Origin: Rhodospirillales bacterium
GTDB lineage: Bacteria > Pseudomonadota > Alphaproteobacteria > Rhodospirillales > Casp-alpha2
Assembly: GCA_040218445.1 (NCBI GenBank)
Contig: JAVJRK010000017.1
Location: 272,724 to 304,723, forward strand
Reading direction: 5' to 3'
Length of the DNA stretch: 32,000 nt
In this document: positions 27,624 through 32,000 of the stretch, piece by piece
Position numbering within the stretch: the stretch's first letter is position 1
Layout: every line of letters starts with the position of its first letter
Notes under the pieces: model-generated
Told to the model about the DNA's origin: nothing
Databases searched by the model: none
The model's input: only the letters and a program-made list of their open reading frames with translations
Position numbers and translations under genes: made by a program

Positions 27624-27760
27624 CCAAAGTCGCACTTAATATCTAATTATTTCAATGGTTTGTGGGTTTGCTGGTTTAAATACACTACCCCATACGCGAG
27701 GCGTTCCAGAATCAAATACAAATGGGCCGAAACCAAAGTCGCAAAGTCGCAAAGTCGCAC
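27624..27760. repeat. Iteron / AT-rich ori-like region immediately downstream of the helicase gene
   Basis: CAAAGTCGCAC at 27625-27635 and 27750-27760. CAAAGTCG tandem x3 at 27734-27757. A second tandem 8-bp series, GGTTTGTG/GGTTTGCT/GGTTTAAA, at 27657-27680. An AT-rich spacer lies between them. Confidence 0.55.
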
Positions 27761-27909
27761 GCGCCCCCGTGAAAATATAGCCCGCAGGGCCAGGGGGGAG
27801 GGTTTGGAAGTCCCAAAGGGGCTCCCCGTAGGACCGGCTGCGGTACTCAAATTTTATCGCCCGCAGTGTTCGCAAAAACGCGATTCCATAATTTTGGAGA
27901 ATTATAAAA

Positions 27910-28395
27910 ATGACGAAACGTAAACCGCCCGATCTTCGATTACTCGAAGGCAACCCCGGCAAACGCCCGATAAAGAAACGTGGCGTGACGCCGACCGGCG
28001 ATGCAGTTGCGCCCGTGTGGTTATCCGAAGGTGCGGCGGCGGTGTGGTCGCGCGTGGTCGACGCCATGCCGGGCGTGTTCAAGGCGACGGACGCGGAAAT
28101 CCTGACGGCCTATTGCTGCGCCGCCGACCAACACCAGCGCGCAACGCTGGCCCTTGCAATCGAAGGCCCGATCTTGACCGGCCCGCGCGGACGGCAATCC
28201 AAAAACCCTTGGCTGGCCGTCCAGAAGGACGCTGCCAACGCGATTGAACGCCTGGGCCGTCGCCTCGGCCTCGACCCGACCAGCCGTGAACACCTTCCGC
28301 AACCCGCACCGCAACCGGCCTCCAGCAAATTCGCCGGGCTGGTCGGCGCGGGCACTTCACCAACAGAGAAAGGAACGAACGATGACGACGACTGA
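27910..28395 (+). CDS. terS: Phage terminase small subunit, P27 family
   Basis: 161-aa ORF. LLEGNPGKRP...P.WLSEGAAAVWSRV...TDAEILTAYCCA...SKNPWLAVQKDAANAIERLGRRLGLDPTSR follows the P27-family TerS pattern. GGAGA RBS. Confidence 0.85.
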   Translation: MTKRKPPDLRLLEGNPGKRPIKKRGVTPTGDAVAPVWLSEGAAAVWSRVVDAMPGVFKATDAEILTAYCCAADQHQRATLALAIEGPILTGPRGRQSKNPWLAVQKDAANAIERLGRRLGLDPTSREHLPQPAPQPASSKFAGLVGAGTSPTEKGTNDDDD

Positions 28396-28615
28396 CGCGA
28401 AGCATCAAGCCAACGCTGCGACCGCAATCGCACTGGGCATGGAGGCCGCAGCCGACCAAGGCGTACCCGACGCCGTGATTATGAATGAAGTTGTGAAGAT
28501 CGCACTCGGGATCATCGGTGCTGCAAACGGTGGCCCGGATGCGGTGCCGGACACGCTGCGACGGCTGGCCGATGAGATCGAGGCGAACCCGAACGAGCTG
28601 AAATCACTTAACTAA
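28382..28615 (+). CDS. Small acidic helical protein (77 aa), hypothetical
   Basis: ATG 28382 with an AAAGGAA RBS; overlaps the terS 3' end by 14 nt. MTTTDAKHQANAATAIALGMEAAADQG... No family recognised. Confidence 0.5.
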   Translation: MTTTDAKHQANAATAIALGMEAAADQGVPDAVIMNEVVKIALGIIGAANGGPDAVPDTLRRLADEIEANPNELKSLN

Positions 28616-28775
28616 TCGGCACTGTGTGACTGTCACATTCTGCGTAGCTGCTTAATATGACAGTACTAGGACGCAGCGCCCTAAGTAAAAAATTGTTGCG
28701 TTATTTACACGGGGCGTTAGTATTTACTAGTTCCCTGGCGCTGCCATGAGGCATCGTCGGGGGGCGCCGCAACGT

Positions 28776-28855
28776 CACGCCGTGCGCTGGCGTTGCCCTA
28801 ATAAAGCGGCACGCCGTGCGCTGCCGGACCCGACTCGATAGCACGCCGTGCGCTG
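28776..28855 (+). repeat. Three phased copies of a 14-bp palindrome-containing repeat upstream of the capsid gene
   Basis: CACGCCGTGCGCTG at 28776-28789, 28810-28823 and 28842-28855 (spacing 34 and 32 bp). Copies 2 and 3 contain the palindrome GCACG-C-CGTGC. A degenerate fourth copy lies near 28896. Confidence 0.85.
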
Positions 28856-28949
28856 CGTCGATGGGCGGATCAATCCCAACACTTTGTACAACGCGCACCC
28901 GTGCGCCCGCTGGGCCGCGTGGTGCAACAGACAGAAAGGGCATTATGTA

Positions 28950-30149
28950 ATGTCTATCATTCAGAAAAAGCGCGGCATTCTGGCCGTGCGCGCCGAAGCC
29001 TCCGATGTGATGGCGGAGATTCAGGAACTCAACGCGGCCCATGCCGATTGGCGTGACCGCGAAAGCGCCAAAGTCAAAAAGCTGGAAGCTAATCTCGTTG
29101 AAATGGAACAGCGCCTCGCAGAACGCGACCTCATGCCGCGTGGCGGCGCTGGGCAATCTTCCAGCATGGCGAGCGCGGTCAGCCTCGCGGCTGATCTCAA
29201 CAAGGACGGCACCTTCCAGCAGTTCGCGGCCGGTAGCATCAAAGAATGCGGCGTGAAGGTCTCGGCAACCAAACTCTTGAACGTCCAGGCCAACGTCATT
29301 CGCTATGACTCCGGCGATCTCGCGGTGCGCGAGAATGTCGGCGTGATCGAACCGGCCCGCCGCCGTCGTTGGCTTCGTGATCGCCTTACGACCGTGACGA
29401 CGACCGGCGGCACGGTCGAGTTTTCGCGCGAGGCCAGCGGCACCACGAACAACGCGGACGTTGTTGGCGCTGGCTCTCCCTTCGTGCACGAGGGCGCCGA
29501 CAAGCCAGAGAGCGTTATCGAGTGGGATTTGCTCGACCTCAAGGTGCCGACGATTGCCACCTATGTTCGCGCGAGCCGTCAAATTCTGTCGGACGTTGGC
29601 GAACTTGGCCGCATCATCGACCGCTATCTCCGGCATTTCCTCGAATTGAAGCTGGAACAGCAGATCATCGCTGGCGCCGGCACCGGGGCTCAGATGAAGG
29701 GGCTTACGCACGCCGACAACCGCGTGGCCTTCACGCCGACCTCGGGGGATACCGGGATCGAGTCGATTTCGCGGGCGCTTGGCACCCTCGCGAACTCTTA
29801 TGAGATCCAGGCGAACCTGGTGATCCTTAACCCGGTCGACTATCGCGCCATGCAGCGCACCCGCGCGGTGACCGACGGTCAGTTCTTGTGGGGCGATCCG
29901 AACGGCGCGAATTCCGAACAGGTCTGGGCGGTGGACATTCACCAAACCCCGGCCATGACGCAGGGATCGTTCGCGATCACCGATACCGAACAGGTCGGGA
30001 CGTTCCGGCTTCGCGAGGACGCCCAAATTATGACGGGCTACACGGGGAACCAGTTTACCCAGAACCTCGTGACCATCCTTGGTGAACTTCGGGCGTTGCT
30101 GACGGTCGAGCGCCCGACGGCGACCATGTACGGCTCGTTGACCCTCTAA
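28950..30149 (+). CDS. Phage major capsid protein, HK97 family, with N-terminal delta (scaffold) domain
   Basis: Start at MSIIQKK (ATG 28950, AAAGGG RBS) inside track ORF 28848..30149. N-terminal coiled coil (EIQELNAAHADWRDRESAKVKKLEANLVEMEQRLAE). C-terminus ...NLVTILGELRALLTVERPTATMYGSL is typical of HK97-fold MCPs. Confidence 0.9.
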   Translation: MSIIQKKRGILAVRAEASDVMAEIQELNAAHADWRDRESAKVKKLEANLVEMEQRLAERDLMPRGGAGQSSSMASAVSLAADLNKDGTFQQFAAGSIKECGVKVSATKLLNVQANVIRYDSGDLAVRENVGVIEPARRRRWLRDRLTTVTTTGGTVEFSREASGTTNNADVVGAGSPFVHEGADKPESVIEWDLLDLKVPTIATYVRASRQILSDVGELGRIIDRYLRHFLELKLEQQIIAGAGTGAQMKGLTHADNRVAFTPTSGDTGIESISRALGTLANSYEIQANLVILNPVDYRAMQRTRAVTDGQFLWGDPNGANSEQVWAVDIHQTPAMTQGSFAITDTEQVGTFRLREDAQIMTGYTGNQFTQNLVTILGELRALLTVERPTATMYGSLTL

Positions 30150-30271
30150 GCCTCCCAGCGAGGCGCGGCGCACGGCCCCGCCTCGCATCCGGCCGCGCCG
30201 CCCGTGTGGGTTTCTCCTATGGCCCAGCGGGCGGCGCGCCGGTCTCTTTCCGACAGGGAGACCGCCTCGCT

Positions 30272-30562
30272 ATGGCCAAACGACATTCAACCGAATACCG
30301 ACGCCAAGTCGTCGCCGCATACGACCAGGCCCGCCGCGACGGTGCGCCCGTTGGCAAGGCCGCGTTGCTGGCCAATGCGGATAGCGTGGACGGCCCGCGG
30401 CAGGTTGCAAAGAGGCGGGCGTGTTTGCGGTGCCGCAGGGATTTTAGATCAACGTGGAGCGGGGAGCGGATTTGCGGCGCGTGTAAGTCGGGCGAGCATT
30501 ACGACGGACTGCCGGCGGGATGGGGCGCTACGGCGACCTTGGGCGTGGCGCACCAGGGTTAG
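30272..30562 (+). CDS. Small zinc-ribbon protein, hypothetical
   Basis: Start at MAKRHSTEYRR (ATG 30272). CxxC...CxxC motif (CLRCRRDFRSTWSGERICGACK). No family recognised. Confidence 0.5.
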   Translation: MAKRHSTEYRRQVVAAYDQARRDGAPVGKAALLANADSVDGPRQVAKRRACLRCRRDFRSTWSGERICGACKSGEHYDGLPAGWGATATLGVAHQG

Positions 30563-30639
30563 GCGACGACCGCACACCTCAACGTTACAAGCTGGAATCT
30601 TGAACCTATACTCCCTTACATCGACTAAGGGAGGCGGGG

Positions 30640-31296
30640 ATGCCTGACGCTGGGGCAACAATTATAGCGGTGACTCTGCTTGTTTTGATCGTGGTGCTGG
30701 CGATGCGCCGCCGGACAGAAAGGCAAGGCGAGGAAGAAAAGAATCAAAATGCCCGCGATTTGCGACCGATATTGCCGGAAAGATTTGTCGTATTCGATTT
30801 TGAAACTACTGGCTTGGATTGTAACAAACATGAAATCCTTGAAATTGGCGCGATCAGCGTTAACCGGGACGGCGTCGATCACAAGACGTTCCAATGCTTG
30901 GTGATCCCGCAGAAACGTATTAGCCGAAAGATCACTGAGATCACGGGAATTGACAAAAAGATGGTGACAGAGAGCGGTCAGCCTCTCGCGGATGCGATTT
31001 CCCAGTTTCGAGACTTTATCGGCGACCTCCCATTGGTCGCTTATAATGCTGAATTCGATATGGGGTTCCTTCACGCCGCAGAAAAGTCACTTGGCCTTCC
31101 AAAGACAAAGAACGAAGTGTCTTGCGCATTAGAACTTGCACGACGGGCGTGGCCAAGCCGCAGGTCTTACAAGCTGTCTGAATTAGCGAAAGATGGCCGG
31201 TTGGACGCATCAAATGCGCACCGTGCTTTGGATGATTGCAAGATGACCATGATTGTATATGCGGCGGCTTCATCAATTACTGGCAGGCGTCGTTAA
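30640..31296 (+). CDS. DEDDh (DnaQ/epsilon-like) 3'-5' exonuclease with N-terminal transmembrane anchor
   Basis: 218-aa ORF. TM helix ATIIAVTLLVLIVVLAM followed by RRRTERQ. Exo I FVVFDFETTGLD, Exo II LVAYNAEFDMGFL, Exo III HRALDDCKM. The region is AT-richer than the rest of the island. Confidence 0.85.
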   Translation: MPDAGATIIAVTLLVLIVVLAMRRRTERQGEEEKNQNARDLRPILPERFVVFDFETTGLDCNKHEILEIGAISVNRDGVDHKTFQCLVIPQKRISRKITEITGIDKKMVTESGQPLADAISQFRDFIGDLPLVAYNAEFDMGFLHAAEKSLGLPKTKNEVSCALELARRAWPSRRSYKLSELAKDGRLDASNAHRALDDCKMTMIVYAAASSITGRRR

Positions 31297-31356
31297 ACAG
31301 GGCCTACCTTAACAGCTTCCCCAACAGCCGCCCCGTGATCCTCTCGGACCATCGGC

Positions 31357-31632
31357 TTAAAGCAGGTTGCCGAATCTGAGACTGACAAACAACGATCCCA
31401 AACTAACGACCAGTGACAAACCGGCGATCCCGATCGCAAGGAGGGTTGTCCTTTTCATATAGCGCCCGGTCAATTCGTTGTTCAGCACTTGAATGACGTT
31501 GGGGTTAGTCCAGTCTCCGTCATCCCTATTGTTCGCAACTAGAAACTCTTTGGTCCGGAAAGATAGTTCGGCCCTAATCGCCTTATCCGAAGCGAGCTCC
31601 AAAATCCGAATGGCATTTGGTTTTTCGCCCAT
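31357..31632 (-). CDS. Small tail-anchored membrane protein (91 aa), hypothetical
   Basis: A soluble N-terminal part of about 60 aa, then a single C-terminal TM helix (TTLLAIGIAGLSLVVSLGSLFVSL). Convergent with the exonuclease gene and has the same AT-rich composition. Confidence 0.5.
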   Translation of the reverse strand: MGEKPNAIRILELASDKAIRAELSFRTKEFLVANNRDDGDWTNPNVIQVLNNELTGRYMKRTTLLAIGIAGLSLVVSLGSLFVSLRFGNLL

Positions 31633-31702
31633 CGATCATCCCCCGTCATTTATAAGGCTGAAAACCCTACGCGCGCCGCACATGGCGAGTCCATGCACGC
31701 CC

Positions 31703-31722
31703 TGCTTACATGGCGCTTACAT
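31703..31722 (+). promoter_or_regulatory. Putative integrase arm-type binding sites, right arm
   Basis: TGCTTACAT at 31703-31711 and CGCTTACAT at 31714-31722. They have the same 11-bp phasing and the same orientation as the pair at 23028-23047. Confidence 0.6.
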
Positions 31723-31731
31723 GAATAAAAT

Positions 31732-31761
31732 AAGGGCCTAGGCGTTTCCGCCTAAGCCCTT
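31732..31761. terminator. Hairpin terminator directly downstream of tRNA-Pro (minus strand), also closing the island on the plus strand
   Basis: AAGGGCCTAGGCG-tttc-CGCCTAAGCCCTT 13-bp stem with one mismatch. On the minus strand it is followed by a TTATTTTATT run, 8 nt after the tRNA CCA end. Confidence 0.65.
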
Positions 31762-31769
31762 GATTTTAT

Positions 31770-31815
31770 TGGTCGGAGTGAGAGGATTCGAACCTCCGAC
31801 CCCCGCCTCCCGAAG
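31770..31815 (-). repeat. Direct repeat C: the 3' half of the intact tRNA-Pro gene (att core of the array)
   Basis: Identical to 22853..22898 and 44/45 identical to 18966..19010. Confidence 0.95.
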
Positions 31816-31846
31816 ACGGTGCTCTACCAGGCTGAGCTACACTCCG
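31770..31846 (-). tRNA. tRNA-Pro (anticodon CGG), 77 nt, CCA encoded
   Basis: The reverse complement folds by hand into a cloverleaf. Acceptor CGGAGTG/CACTCCG; D arm GCTC-AGCCTGGTA-GAGC; anticodon arm CCGTC-TTCGGGA-GGCGG (anticodon CGG); variable loop GGGTC; T arm GGAGG-TTCGAAT-CCTCT; then A-CCA. Confidence 0.95.
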
Positions 31847-32000
31847 GTAATAACCGCTGCGGCAATGGCTGACCGGAACCAAGGGTTCGTGCCGCCGGGC
31901 CGCAACGGGCGCCCGTTATAGCGGTGGTTGCGGGCCAGGGCAAGCGCTGGAACGATGTCGGTCGCACAGTAGAATTTCAAGGTTTCGCACTTGCGGTTCG

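Larger units (their letters stand above)
22853..31815. mobile_element. Integrative phage-satellite-like element (island 1), about 9 kb, inserted in tRNA-Pro(CGG)
   Basis: Exact 46-nt direct repeats at both ends; an intact integrase with arm-type sites on both arms; xis-type HTH; SF3-like helicase plus an iteron region; P27-family TerS; HK97-family MCP. No TerL, portal, protease, tail or lysis genes. Confidence 0.8.

Noticed and set aside
28776-28855. CRISPR array
   Set aside because: There are only three 14-bp repeats with spacers of about 19 bp. That is far too short and too few, and no cas genes or leader are present.
28701-30188. 495-aa minus-strand ORF overlapping the capsid gene. Similar long antisense ORFs lie at 26584-27552, 26753-27445, 24930-25853, 12512-13636, 10517-11836, 7613-8602 and 5370-6482.
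   Set aside because: Each lies opposite a gene with clear family motifs. The products are Arg/Gly/Pro-rich with no motifs. These are high-GC antisense artefacts.
22853-31815. Interpretation as a complete or cryptic prophage, or as a GTA-like cluster
   Set aside because: It is only about 9 kb and has no TerL, portal, protease, tail or lysis genes. The gene order (int, xis, helicase, ori, TerS, MCP) does not match the TerL-portal-protease-MCP order of RcGTA-type head clusters.

Overview
High-GC chromosomal window that looks alphaproteobacterial, judged from gene content and synteny; no database search was possible. All product calls rest on motifs I could read in the supplied translations.

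Positions 1-18960 are ordinary core genome: atpB(start)/atpI, smc, a DsbA-family oxidoreductase, a DUF721/DciA-like protein, mutY, a GNAT acetyltransferase, apt, a class-III aminotransferase, a TAXI-type TRAP transporter locus (two solute receptors, fused permease, Usp), a c-type cytochrome, a DUF2336 protein, an orphan membrane-anchored DctP-type binding protein and a lipoprotein.

Positions 18966-31846 are accessory. An intact tRNA-Pro(CGG) gene (31770-31846, minus strand) is followed by two tandem integrative elements. They are delimited by three direct copies of the 45-46 nt 3' half of that tRNA (18966-19010, 22853-22898, 31770-31815).

- tRNA-proximal element (about 9 kb, 22853-31815). 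It appears intact and has the gene content of a phage satellite: tyrosine integrase with arm-type sites at both ends, excisionase-type HTH, translationally coupled unknown ORFs, an SF3-like helicase followed by an iteron/AT-rich ori-like region, a P27-family small terminase, an HK97-family major capsid protein, and an AT-rich cargo module (membrane-anchored DEDDh exonuclease plus a small tail-anchored protein). It has no large terminase, portal, prohead protease or tail genes. This minimal capsid-plus-TerS satellite is the most interesting candidate system.
- Distal element (about 3.9 kb, 18966-22898). It is a decayed remnant: a 5'-truncated P4-like integrase, an AlpA-like HTH and an HExxH peptidase fragment. 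An AT-rich cassette carrying a stand-alone OLD/PARIS-like ABC-ATPase-Toprim nuclease has replaced the integrase 5' end.
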